NCBI GenBank assembly: GCA_905233455.1
Contig: CAJOES010000014.1
Coordinates: 4,500-68,499 of the forward strand
Length of the DNA stretch: 64,000 nucleotides
Origin: an uncultured Synergistales bacterium
GTDB taxonomy: Bacteria > Synergistota > Synergistia > Synergistales > Aminobacteriaceae
Direction: 5' to 3'
Part shown: one piece after another, positions 9,207 through 18,335 of the stretch
Numbering within the stretch: position 1 is the first letter of the stretch
Layout of the letters: every line of letters begins with the position of its first letter
Position numbers and translations under genes: made by a program
The notes under the pieces: model-generated
What the model saw: the letters and a program-made list of their open reading frames with translations, nothing else
What the model was told of the DNA's origin: nothing
The model's database searches: none

Positions 9207-9963
9207 ACTGTTACCGGAGCTTGGCCTCACCGAAACGCGCAACAAGGCACAGGCACTGATCATGGCGGGCAAAGTCCGGGTAAACGGTCAGGTCATCACG
9301 AAAGCAGGTGCAATGTACGAACACGACGCAAATATTACGCTCGATGAAGTATCACGGTGGGCAGGACGGGGCGCGCTGAAACTCCTCCGTGCGTTTGAGG
9401 CTTTCGGGATTAAGGCTGACGGGAAGGTCTGTGCGGACTTCGGCGCATCAACCGGAGGCTTCACGGATGTGCTGCTGTCGCGGGGAGCAAGGAGAGTCTA
9501 CGCGATTGATGTCGGCTACGGACAGCTCATATGGAGGCTGGCTAGTGATGAGCGTGTCATCGTGATGGACAGGACTAACGCAAGGTATCTGACCCGTGAT
9601 GACTTCCCGGAGAAGATAGAGCTTGCAGTGTGCGATGTCTCGTTCATATCGCTGAAACTGATTCTGCCCGTGATTGATGCCGTCAGTGATGAGGCCGTAG
9701 TGCTCATAAAGCCGCAGTTTGAGGCAGGCAGGGACAGGGTGTTGCACGGAATTGTACGCGATAAGGCTGTGCATGTGTCGGTGCTTGAGGACATGCTGAA
9801 GTTCATACGTGAGGAAACCGGGTTTGTTCCTGCAGGGCTGACGCATTCGCCGGTAAAGGGAACTGAAGGCAACACGGAATTTTTGTGCTGTCTTATGCGT
9901 GACGGACAGGGAAAAGATTTGGATATTGCGGAAATAGTGAACAAAGCACATGAAAATCTATAG
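9181..9963 (+). CDS. tlyA: TlyA-family 16S/23S rRNA (cytidine-2'-O)-methyltransferase
   Basis: 260 aa. N-terminal S4 domain (KERLDKLLPELGLTETRNKAQALIMAGKVRVNG) plus an FtsJ-like methyltransferase (DFGASTGGFTDVLL). The dxs-tlyA linkage is conserved. Confidence 0.9.
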   Translation: MKHKERLDKLLPELGLTETRNKAQALIMAGKVRVNGQVITKAGAMYEHDANITLDEVSRWAGRGALKLLRAFEAFGIKADGKVCADFGASTGGFTDVLLSRGARRVYAIDVGYGQLIWRLASDERVIVMDRTNARYLTRDDFPEKIELAVCDVSFISLKLILPVIDAVSDEAVVLIKPQFEAGRDRVLHGIVRDKAVHVSVLEDMLKFIREETGFVPAGLTHSPVKGTEGNTEFLCCLMRDGQGKDLDIAEIVNKAHENL

Positions 9964-9980
9964 GAGGTAATACAAGTTCG

Positions 9981-10868
9981 ATGGCAATTACACGCGAAAG
10001 AGTAAAAAGAAAGGTGAAAAAATTATTGTCTCATGCCGGTGATGAAGGCTTTGATTTAATCATTGAGCCGGAAAAGACAACGGGGGATTTTATCCTTGAG
10101 CTTCTGAAGTACAGGGAATTATTTTTCTTTCTGGCATGGCGTGATATTCTCGTGCGCTACAAACAGACGATCATAGGCATTGCGTGGGGTGTTATCCGTC
10201 CCTTGCTGAGTATGATAATATTCACGGTAATATTCGGGCGTGTGGCCAAGCTCCCCAGCGAGGGCAGCGTGCCTTATCCGATAATGGTATTCTCTGCGCT
10301 GCTTCCATGGCAGTACTTCGCCAGTGCTATGCAGGCAAGTGCAGATTCTCTGATTAGAGCACAATCAATGATAAGCAAAATATATTTTCCGAGATTGATT
10401 CTGCCTACTTCAGCCGTATTGGTTAGTGCTGTAGATTTCGTAATTTCTTTCGTACTGCTGTGCATATTAATGGTAGTTTACGTGTTTACCCCGTCATTGA
10501 TGATGCTGCTTCTTCCGGTGTTCTTTATCCCGGCAACCTTGACCGCGCTCGGAGTGGGCTATTGGTTCAGTGCTACAGGAGTGCGTTACAGGGACTTCAA
10601 ACACATAATGCCGTTCATTGTACAGTTTGGTATGTATGTATCTCCTGTAGGCTTCTCAAGCTCAGTCATCCCGGAGAGATGGAGACTCATATACAGCCTT
10701 AATCCTATGGTGGGTGTTATTGACGGCTTCAGGTGGTGCATTCAGGGGACTTCTGTATCTCTCTATCTTCCGGGCTTTATCATATCAATAATAACCTCAC
10801 TGGTAATTTTCCTGTACGGCCTTAGATATTTCCAGAGCACCGAGAGGCTTTTTGCTGATTACATTTAG
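9981..10868 (+). CDS. wzm: ABC-2 type polysaccharide export permease (Wzm/TagG-like)
   Basis: 295 aa, 6 predicted TM, with the ABC-2 pattern. It is adjacent to a Wzt-like ATPase. Confidence 0.8.
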   Translation: MAITRERVKRKVKKLLSHAGDEGFDLIIEPEKTTGDFILELLKYRELFFFLAWRDILVRYKQTIIGIAWGVIRPLLSMIIFTVIFGRVAKLPSEGSVPYPIMVFSALLPWQYFASAMQASADSLIRAQSMISKIYFPRLILPTSAVLVSAVDFVISFVLLCILMVVYVFTPSLMMLLLPVFFIPATLTALGVGYWFSATGVRYRDFKHIMPFIVQFGMYVSPVGFSSSVIPERWRLIYSLNPMVGVIDGFRWCIQGTSVSLYLPGFIISIITSLVIFLYGLRYFQSTERLFADYI

Positions 10869-10880
10869 GAGAAGAAAAAC

Positions 10881-12170
10881 ATGCTTGCATTGAAGACAGA
10901 GAATTTAGGCAAAAGATACACGCTTCACCATCAGAGGCATTACCGTATATATGACATGTTAGGGGACTGGGTAGCACGTGCAAAACGCAGGATCAGGCAT
11001 CCATTCATAGAGAGATCCAAGCCTAAAGATGAGGAAGAATTTTGGGCACTGCGGAATCTCTCTATAGATGTTGAGCAGGGTGAACGTGTCGCATTCGTCG
11101 GGCACAACGGGGCAGGAAAATCCACGCTCCTAAAGCTCCTCAGCCGCATAACTGCACCGACTGAAGGAAGAATAGGACTCAAGGGCAGGGTAGCGAGTCT
11201 GCTTGAAGTGGGTACAGGGTTTCATCCTGATCTTACGGGACGGGAAAATATATATCTCAATGCCGCAATACTGGGCATGAAGTCATGGGAGATACGGAAG
11301 AATTTTGATGCCATTGTAGATTTTGCTGAGGTTGAGCAGTTCCTTGACACGCCGATAAAACGCTACTCAAGCGGAATGTCTGTACGCCTTGCATTTGCCA
11401 TAGCCGCGCATCTCAATTCGGAAATACTTATTGTTGATGAGGTTCTTGCTGTCGGTGATATGGAGTTCCAGAAAAAATGTATGGGCAAGATGGACGAGAT
11501 CAGCCACAAAGAAGGCAGGACGATTCTTTTCGTGAGTCATAACATGGGTGCAGTGTTGCAGCTCTGCAACAGGGTGATATGCCTCGAAAAAGGAAATATG
11601 ATCATGGACACCCGCAATGTAGTTGAAGGCGTACAGCAGTATATGGCCTCAACCCAGAAAGGGACAAACGATGCTGAATGGAACAATCCCGGCGACCAAT
11701 ACGAGAATGAATACTTCAAGCCGCTAAGGATAGGGTTATACGGTTCTGACGGCAATATCAAGCTGGCTTCAGTAAAACATGATGATGATCTTTATGTTGA
11801 GATTGAAGGCATAGTGAAGAAACCTACCCCTAAATTATGCGTGGGTTATGCTCTCTATACGCTTGAAGGCACAAGGCTTTACTGGACGTACCAAAATGAT
11901 CAGGTCAACAGCCCTGATGAAGTGCCCATGCTTGAAGGCCATGTACGCCTTAGATCCCGCATTCCCCTTGAAGTGCTGAACTTAGGTGAGAAGAGGGTAG
12001 AGCTTGAAGTGCAGATTTACCGCGATAACTGGCTTGTAGGGCCGGGACAGAACAAAGCACCTTCCGTATCTTTCAGGATGGAAGGGCCTGTAACACCTTC
12101 ACCGTACAACGTTCTGCAAAGAGGCGGGGCAATGGCAATAAATGCCGGCTGGACACTGAAAGGAGAATAA
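10881..12170 (+). CDS. wzt: Polysaccharide ABC exporter ATP-binding protein (Wzt/TagH-like) with a C-terminal extra domain
   Basis: 429 aa. Walker A GHNGAGKSTLLKLL, signature YSSGMSVRL, Walker B ILIVDE. A C-terminal extension of about 170 aa is consistent with a Wzt carbohydrate-binding domain. Confidence 0.85.
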   Translation: MLALKTENLGKRYTLHHQRHYRIYDMLGDWVARAKRRIRHPFIERSKPKDEEEFWALRNLSIDVEQGERVAFVGHNGAGKSTLLKLLSRITAPTEGRIGLKGRVASLLEVGTGFHPDLTGRENIYLNAAILGMKSWEIRKNFDAIVDFAEVEQFLDTPIKRYSSGMSVRLAFAIAAHLNSEILIVDEVLAVGDMEFQKKCMGKMDEISHKEGRTILFVSHNMGAVLQLCNRVICLEKGNMIMDTRNVVEGVQQYMASTQKGTNDAEWNNPGDQYENEYFKPLRIGLYGSDGNIKLASVKHDDDLYVEIEGIVKKPTPKLCVGYALYTLEGTRLYWTYQNDQVNSPDEVPMLEGHVRLRSRIPLEVLNLGEKRVELEVQIYRDNWLVGPGQNKAPSVSFRMEGPVTPSPYNVLQRGGAMAINAGWTLKGE

Positions 12171-12176
12171 CACAAG

Positions 12177-13268
12177 ATGAAGAAAGCACTGATCACAGGA
12201 ATAACAGGACAGGACGGGGCTTATCTGACCTCGTTTCTGCTGAAGAAAGGCTATGAAGTTCACGGACTGAAGCGCAGAAGCTCAATATTCAACACAGCCA
12301 GAATAGATGAGTTCTACAAGGATCTGCACGAAAAGGGACATAAATTTTTCCTGCATTACGGGGATATGACGGACTCATCAAACCTAATACGCATGGTTCA
12401 GGACATACAGCCGGACGAAATATATAATCTGGCCGCACAGAGTCATGTAAGCGTATCGTTTGAGACTCCGGAATACACTGCGGATTCTGACGGACTCGGA
12501 ACTCTGCGAATCCTTGAAGCAATAAGATTATTGGGGCTGGAGAAACGCACGAAATTCTATCAGGCATCAACGAGCGAGCTTTACGGGAAAGTTCAGGAGA
12601 CACCGCAGAAGGAAACTACGCCGTTCTACCCCAGAAGCCCATATGCGGCGGCGAAACTTTATGCTTACTGGATCACGGTGAATTACCGCGAAGCCTACAA
12701 CATGTTTGCGTGCAACGGCATACTGTTCAACCATGAGTCAGAACTCAGGGGAGAAACTTTCGTAACGCGCAAGATAACCAGAGCAGCGGCAAGAATAGCA
12801 CTGGGACTTCAGGAAAAAACATATCTGGGGAATCTGAACTCAAAACGCGACTGGGGACACTCTGAGGATTACGTTAAAGCTATGTGGATGATACTCCAGC
12901 AGGACAAGCCGGAAGATTTCGTCATTGCTACAGGCGAGACTCATTCGGTGAGGGAATTTGCGGAGATGGCTTTTGCTGAAGCCGGAATGAATATAGAGTG
13001 GCATGGCGAAGGCATAAATGAGAAGGGAATAGACACTAACACGGGAAAAACTGTAATTGAAGTTGATCCGAGATATTTCCGCCCCACTGAAGTTGATTTG
13101 CTGCTTGGAGATCCCTCAAAAGCTGAAAGAGTTTTAGGCTGGAAGAGAAAAGTAACTTTTCCGGAACTGGTTAAACGTATGGTGAAATATGACCTTGAAT
13201 TATTCAAGAAAGATATTCTGATACGTGATGCAGGATATAAAGTAACAAGCGCACTTGAAGAAGCATAA
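12177..13268 (+). CDS. gmd: GDP-mannose 4,6-dehydratase
   Basis: 363 aa. [35 protein letters not shown] and ...STSELYG... are classic Gmd motifs. Confidence 0.95.
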   Translation: MKKALITGITGQDGAYLTSFLLKKGYEVHGLKRRSSIFNTARIDEFYKDLHEKGHKFFLHYGDMTDSSNLIRMVQDIQPDEIYNLAAQSHVSVSFETPEYTADSDGLGTLRILEAIRLLGLEKRTKFYQASTSELYGKVQETPQKETTPFYPRSPYAAAKLYAYWITVNYREAYNMFACNGILFNHESELRGETFVTRKITRAAARIALGLQEKTYLGNLNSKRDWGHSEDYVKAMWMILQQDKPEDFVIATGETHSVREFAEMAFAEAGMNIEWHGEGINEKGIDTNTGKTVIEVDPRYFRPTEVDLLLGDPSKAERVLGWKRKVTFPELVKRMVKYDLELFKKDILIRDAGYKVTSALEEA

Positions 13269-13294
13269 AAAGCAAAAAGCGGGGAAGAGCATAA

Positions 13295-16189
13295 TTACTC
13301 CTCCTCGCTTTCTGGTATTATTTCTCCCCTGAATTCACCCTTACGGCACAAGCTCTTGATATGGCAGTATCTGCACGTATCGGCTTTGTATTCCGGCATA
13401 AACTCTCCCGATTTCAGGATATTCACGGCGCATTTCATCGCGTATTCTCCTTCCTCTTTCCTGTCGGCAATATAATTGAAGAACTTTTTTGACTGGTAAG
13501 GCGCAAACATGCCCGCAGAATCTCCCTCAAAGCTCCCGGAAATTCTCCCGTCCTCAAGACCGAGAATGTACACGCCCGACAGCCTGCACTTTTTGTTCAG
13601 CCCGAACAGTGCCGCATATACAGACAACTGCAAACCGTGCGTGAATTTTTCGAGTCCGTCATAATTCCAGCCGTAAGACTTTATGTTCATGGGCTTTTCC
13701 GAGTTCTCCCCGATGCCCTCCTTGTAGTCCGCAATGAACGCAACATCCTCGCCATCATCACTGCTCAATATGTCTATCCTGTCGCACTGGCCGAGAAACG
13801 CAACGCCGTCAATATCTGCCTTCAGGTGCGCTTCTTCCTCCAGCAGAATATTTCTGTACGCATAGCCCTCACCGTGCAGGGCATCAATGACTCCCGCCTG
13901 AACTCCTGCAAGCCTCTCAGCCCTGAAGGTCAAGCCATCAAGTTTGCGCTTCAGCCGGAAATCCCGCACCAGCCGACGAAAGCCCGCATAATCCCCGCCT
14001 TCATCTGCCTCACACAGTTTGCGCCACTCATCTTCCGCTATGTGCATGAAGAATTTTCCCGACCCTGAAGCATTCATGTCCTCCCGGAATCTCAGCCATA
14101 CGCACTGCCAGTATCTGTGCATCATGTTTCCCCACTCAACCGGAGAGACAATATCAGAATCCTGCTCATACAGCTTGGCCTGCCGTTTTTGCCACCATAA
14201 GAACGGGCACGAAAGCAGATCATGAATATCACTTGCACCGACAGCTAAAGCCTTCCTTGAGACTGCCGGGACACTGCGCACGGTTACGCCTTCCGGGTCA
14301 TTCTGCGGGAACGTAAAACCGTCCTCACCGAGAAATATATTTATCCCCGCAGGAGTTACGGTCGTGATGTTCCAGCCGGTGAAATCCTCGCGTACCCTCT
14401 GCATGAACGGGGACTCGCTGACAGGCCGTCCTTCCGTGTCGAGTTCGGGACGCATTATGACTGTGAGATTTTCGCCCGTCTGTATGAGCCGCCTGAACAG
14501 TGCCTCTTTCTGCAACGCCTTTTCCGTACCCGTCGGGAGATGCGCGCCGTTATCGTCGAGCTTCCTGCGTTCCTCATTGCCCAGAAGCGGTGATGCTGTT
14601 ATGTTGCCCGACCATGATTTTTGCGTTACGTCCGTCATTATCCATACGGGGAAGAATGCTAGAACCGGAGGCTGTCCCGTGAAGATTCTCACGGCGTTAG
14701 AGACCTGAACAGGCGCACGGGTATTTGTCTTTGCACACCAGCTTTCGAGGAATTCATACGCTTCATCATTCTGCAGCCTCTCATCCTGTACCGGCCCTAT
14801 GTCCGGCAGCAGCTCATCAAGCGCAACATGTTTCTTTCCTGCAGTATCTATTGCGCTCGCTATAGTCCTTATGCTCTCGTCAAGTTCCGGGTAATTCGTG
14901 CTCTCCGTGTAACGGTCAAGCCATAAGCCTTTTGCCGTCAGGAATCCGTAAAATGCCTCCATGATTCTTGCCGGTGTACTGCGCCGGGTCATAGCCTCCG
15001 TGAATGTCCGTATTGACCGTATAGCCAGCAATGCCGCCGTGAATGTATCATCGTCTGATTCATGTTCCGCCAGATATTCTTCCCATGACTTTATACCGCT
15101 AATCCCTGCCCTGTAAGCGCGCATAACCGGAAACTTCACGCCCGCAAAACATGTCTGGGTCAGCAGCATTGCAGTATCATACGCGGGAAAATTCCGTGTC
15201 TGAAGATGGCGGACAGACGATAATATTTTTCCCGGCAGTGTCTGGCTGATTGGGATTCCGTCCATGAAATCATAAGGTATCATGTAACGCTTGAAGGCCT
15301 CCGCAAAAGATTCTTCACGTCCCTGCGGAATCATCACAGCTACAGAATCAAAGCCCGGAAAATCCCCTGCATACTGCCATTCGCCCGCTGACCATAACGC
15401 TAAAGTTCTTGCTGTGCTTTCAGGCTCTAATTCAGGCTCATACACCGGAAGCTCTATGATATTCCCTGAAGATTTCTCTGCGGGAATGATCATGCTGAAC
15501 TGTGATGCGGCATCATGAAAGTCCGGCATTTCCGTTTCAGGCTTTATGATGATGACTTCCCTGCACCTGTCGCGCAATGCCTGCACGAGCTCAAACTGTC
15601 CGTGATTGAACGACATGAACCCCGCAAGAACTGTAACGTAATCTTTTCCCCACTGCAGAACCTCACGCATAACATCACGTGCGGCTGTGTATATCTGTGC
15701 GCTGTCCATGAGGTTATACCTGCCTAGATATGCCAGATAGCGAGAATACACTTCAGGCAATAGGAATTCTGACGGGTTGTCGCTGCCGGGATTGGATTCG
15801 AGCTTGTCGGGAGGTACGGCTTCATTGAGCATCTCCCTGATGTCCCGCGAAAGTATGTCGGGGAATCCTGAACGGTTCAGCCCGGGCCAAGAAGCAGCCT
15901 TACCGGAATATTCACGCAGAACTTCACGCAGTATCGTACGCAGTATCAGCATGTGGTCAGGCGGTGAAAGTACCCTGCGCCCTTCAAGCCCTCCTGCGCG
16001 GCAAATATCCTCATATATGTCCTGCCATGTCCACAAATTGCGGGAAGAGTAATGTTCAGGCCAGTAATTTTTGTCCTTGCGTGAGGGGACGACAAAACGA
16101 AGTTCAGAGCCGGAAAATGCCTGCGTTATCTCACGGATTATTGCGGAGAGTTCAGAGCCTCTGCCGTAGCTTCTAGTCGTAAGTGCCAT
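13295..16189 (-). CDS. AddB-like PD-(D/E)XK (RecB-family) nuclease with a C-terminal Fe-S cysteine set
   Basis: 964 aa. C-terminal nuclease motifs ...GQCDRIDIL...FIADYKEG...QLSVYAAL..., with Cys in ...LLSCPFLWW... and ...CRYCHIKSLC... No Walker A in the N-terminus (RSYGRGSELSA). Confidence 0.7.
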   Translation of the reverse strand: MALTTRSYGRGSELSAIIREITQAFSGSELRFVVPSRKDKNYWPEHYSSRNLWTWQDIYEDICRAGGLEGRRVLSPPDHMLILRTILREVLREYSGKAASWPGLNRSGFPDILSRDIREMLNEAVPPDKLESNPGSDNPSEFLLPEVYSRYLAYLGRYNLMDSAQIYTAARDVMREVLQWGKDYVTVLAGFMSFNHGQFELVQALRDRCREVIIIKPETEMPDFHDAASQFSMIIPAEKSSGNIIELPVYEPELEPESTARTLALWSAGEWQYAGDFPGFDSVAVMIPQGREESFAEAFKRYMIPYDFMDGIPISQTLPGKILSSVRHLQTRNFPAYDTAMLLTQTCFAGVKFPVMRAYRAGISGIKSWEEYLAEHESDDDTFTAALLAIRSIRTFTEAMTRRSTPARIMEAFYGFLTAKGLWLDRYTESTNYPELDESIRTIASAIDTAGKKHVALDELLPDIGPVQDERLQNDEAYEFLESWCAKTNTRAPVQVSNAVRIFTGQPPVLAFFPVWIMTDVTQKSWSGNITASPLLGNEERRKLDDNGAHLPTGTEKALQKEALFRRLIQTGENLTVIMRPELDTEGRPVSESPFMQRVREDFTGWNITTVTPAGINIFLGEDGFTFPQNDPEGVTVRSVPAVSRKALAVGASDIHDLLSCPFLWWQKRQAKLYEQDSDIVSPVEWGNMMHRYWQCVWLRFREDMNASGSGKFFMHIAEDEWRKLCEADEGGDYAGFRRLVRDFRLKRKLDGLTFRAERLAGVQAGVIDALHGEGYAYRNILLEEEAHLKADIDGVAFLGQCDRIDILSSDDGEDVAFIADYKEGIGENSEKPMNIKSYGWNYDGLEKFTHGLQLSVYAALFGLNKKCRLSGVYILGLEDGRISGSFEGDSAGMFAPYQSKKFFNYIADRKEEGEYAMKCAVNILKSGEFMPEYKADTCRYCHIKSLCRKGEFRGEIIPESEEE

Positions 16190-16370
16190 GCTGTGATTTC
16201 TCTATAATGTCAATGAACTGGGACATTAATCTGAAGTCGTCCTGCCGTAATTTCTTTCCTGCCTTGAACTTTTTCCAGTCCTCGAAAAGATTTCTCTTGC
16301 GCAGAAAATTAACGTGAGCCATATACAGAGCATCACGCCATAATTCGCTCAGTGATTTTGTATCTGCCAT
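16173..16370 (-). CDS. Small hypothetical protein (65 aa)
   Basis: ATG preceded by a GGAGG RBS about 8 nt upstream. The 3' end overlaps the AddB-like start by 17 nt. No family recognised. Confidence 0.45.
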   Translation of the reverse strand: MADTKSLSELWRDALYMAHVNFLRKRNLFEDWKKFKAGKKLRQDDFRLMSQFIDIIEKSQHGTYD

Positions 16371-16426
16371 AACAATAATTCCTCCGTTTAGCTGAGAATA
16401 GAATTATTATACGATACGCAAAACTA

Positions 16427-17470
16427 TTAATCCCTGTTGTAGCAGTAATCTTCCAGTTCAGATACTATAGCGTCAGCTTCGGCTTCAGTTATAAGCTCGT
16501 GCCATATACCTACATTTTTTACAGACACGTCAGGATTAAAGTATTTACGTTTCATAACATGATCTTCAAGGTTCAGGCCGATAAAGTCTGCTATCTTCTT
16601 TAGAGAATCTTCATAATGATAAACTAAATCCTCAAACTTCAGAAGCAAAACGTCAGGATCATTCATTATATCCGCCCTGTTGCGCCTGGATGCCCTGTGC
16701 ATCTCTATATATTTGCTGGTATCATGGCTTTTAGCAAATTCTTTTCCTATGCTGTAATTTATCTGTATGAGATCTGCATAGTTGTCGCGCGGGTCTCTGT
16801 CTACAACTATCATCTTTGCTTTACGGAAAAAATTCAGCTCATTCCTGAAGTTTATTGAGGAAACAGCCTGATCAAGCACGATATGTGAAGCATTATTATG
16901 CAAGGCAAGCGGGGTAAATATATCATCTATATATTTTCTGGCACTTTCAAGGAATTCATGTTCATTAACGCTTGTAAAATATGATTTTTCTTCGGAAGGG
17001 AAACAGAACCTATATAAATGCAGCTTGTTTAGTATCTTATTGACAATGCGCCTGAAAAGCCATTTGGTTTTATCCATTCTGAAATCAAACATCCACCAGT
17101 TATTATAGTACTCAAAGCTGACAAGCGAAGCAATAAAATCTTTTGTGGCATGTTCAAAATTTTCTCCAAAAAAACTTTTATAGCTTAAACCCATTGTGAA
17201 TCTGCTGTTTATCTGATTCAGAAAAGACATGTATTTTATGAAGTCCTTAGCGGCAATATCAAAAGAACCAGTTACAGCAACAGCATAATACAAATAAATT
17301 AAACCGTAAGGATCTTTGATCGCCCTGAATTCTACCTCGGGGGTATAACAGCTCTTGAACTCTCGAAGAATATCTACTACAGCACTAGAACCTGACCAGC
17401 CATAACCTGCAACGCAAACATAATCATGGGATGGTCGATGGTCGATGGTCGATTTTACACTTTTATTCAT
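16427..17470 (-). CDS. Sulfotransferase-family protein
   Basis: 347 aa. P-loop-like CVAGYGWSGSSAVV (5'-PSB position), ...MIVVDRDPRDNYADL... (3'-PB RDPxD motif) and ...LLLKFEDLVYHYEDSLKKIADFIGL... are typical of sulfotransferases. The gene is visibly AT-rich. Confidence 0.6.
   Translation of the reverse strand: MNKSVKSTIDHRPSHDYVCVAGYGWSGSSAVVDILREFKSCYTPEVEFRAIKDPYGLIYLYYAVAVTGSFDIAAKDFIKYMSFLNQINSRFTMGLSYKSFFGENFEHATKDFIASLVSFEYYNNWWMFDFRMDKTKWLFRRIVNKILNKLHLYRFCFPSEEKSYFTSVNEHEFLESARKYIDDIFTPLALHNNASHIVLDQAVSSINFRNELNFFRKAKMIVVDRDPRDNYADLIQINYSIGKEFAKSHDTSKYIEMHRASRRNRADIMNDPDVLLLKFEDLVYHYEDSLKKIADFIGLNLEDHVMKRKYFNPDVSVKNVGIWHELITEAEADAIVSELEDYCYNRD
17431..17453. repeat. Heptanucleotide tandem repeat (ATGGTCG)x3 plus AT, inside codons 7-14 of the sulfotransferase-like gene
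   Basis: Read directly: atggtcgatggtcgatggtcgat. It encodes ...TIDHRPS... because the 7-nt unit is read in three frames. Confidence 0.95.
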
Positions 17471-17504
17471 TTTATATCAATACCCTATACCCTAAACTAT
17501 ATAT

Positions 17505-17546
17505 TTGAAAGAAAATAACTGCCGGATAAATTTTACTATCCGACAG
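17505..17546 (-). terminator. Rho-independent terminator after the cyclophilin-like gene
   Basis: Minus strand: CTGTCGGATA-8 nt loop-TATCCGGCAG (one G-U pair) followed by TTATTTTCTTTC. Confidence 0.7.
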
Positions 17547-17553
17547 TCGTAAG

Positions 17554-17928
17554 TTATTCCGTTTTGATTTGTTCTTCCGGTTCTTCATACGGCGCAAAAG
17601 TTACTTCAACATCCCCCATTGATGCGAACTCCTCAGCACCTGCGTCAATGTGCCCCAAGTGCTGACGCTGGAATCTCTGTCCGTTCTGCTTGTAGAGTAT
17701 TGCGAGGTTATGACGGGGAGGCCAGTATATTATGTCTCCCACCTTGTAGTTGTTCGCTGAAAGTCTGCCGGTGGGAAGCGTGTACGGAAGCCCGCAGGCC
17801 ATCTGCCAGCCGTAAATATTGCGCATCTTGAAGGTTAGCGGCAGGTGATCATACAGTGCCCGTGATGCTGGGTTCTCTTCAAGCGTTGCGTAAAAGTTCT
17901 TCCCTGCAATGGCTACGATAATCTTCAA
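17554..17928 (-). CDS. Cyclophilin-like fold protein (unknown function)
   Basis: ...IAGKNFYATLEENPASRALYDHLPLTFKMRNIYG...GDIIYWPPRHNLAILY... resembles the standalone cyclophilin-like family. I chose the TTG at 17928, which overlaps the upstream stop as TTGA. A TTG at 17967 is an alternative start. Confidence 0.5.
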   Translation of the reverse strand: MKIIVAIAGKNFYATLEENPASRALYDHLPLTFKMRNIYGWQMACGLPYTLPTGRLSANNYKVGDIIYWPPRHNLAILYKQNGQRFQRQHLGHIDAGAEEFASMGDVEVTFAPYEEPEEQIKTE

Positions 17929-18245
17929 AAAGCGATGGAGAAAATCAAAAATATAAAGATGCCGCAAGTTGATTTATCAAAAATGACAACATCACAGCCC
18001 ATTCCGCATGAACCGGACTTCCATGCGTTGATTACCGGCACGAAAATATCAAGTATAGCGGGTATCTCGTCAACGCCTTCATCATCAATCGTGAGCGCAA
18101 GAACGTCCATAATTTCTTCCTGTGTTTCATAGCCGTCAAGTATGGACTGCACTATATCACGCAGGTATATTCCCTTATCTTCACACACAGGAGTGTTTGC
18201 AGGTGCGCGGCTCCAGTCAATACGCTCAATAACTCTTTCTTCCAT
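17925..18245 (-). CDS. Small hypothetical protein, weakly BFD-like [2Fe-2S]-domain-like
   Basis: 106 aa with ATG and a GGAGG RBS. ...PVCEDKGIYLRDIVQSILDGYETQEEIMDVL...SGSCGMGC... loosely resembles BFD-like domains, but the first CxC is incomplete. Confidence 0.35.
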   Translation of the reverse strand: MEERVIERIDWSRAPANTPVCEDKGIYLRDIVQSILDGYETQEEIMDVLALTIDDEGVDEIPAILDIFVPVINAWKSGSCGMGCDVVIFDKSTCGIFIFLIFSIAF

Positions 18246-18261
18246 AATGATTACTGCCTCC

Positions 18262-18305
18262 GAATATAAAATTAATCCCGCAAGACCCCGGAGAGCCCTG
18301 CGGGA
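18262..18305 (-). terminator. Rho-independent terminator after icd
   Basis: Minus strand: TCCCGCA-16 nt loop-TGCGGGA followed by TTAATTTTATATT. Confidence 0.7.
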
Positions 18306-18335
18306 TAATTCACATTATACAGCTAAATGCAAGCC

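Noticed and set aside
13295-16189. The 964-aa nuclease as a novel stand-alone defence nuclease
   Set aside because: Its motif set (hGxIDRID, DYK, QxxxY, four Cys) and size are standard for AddB/RecB-family repair nucleases. Only the missing helicase partner is unusual, and that is reported separately at modest interest.
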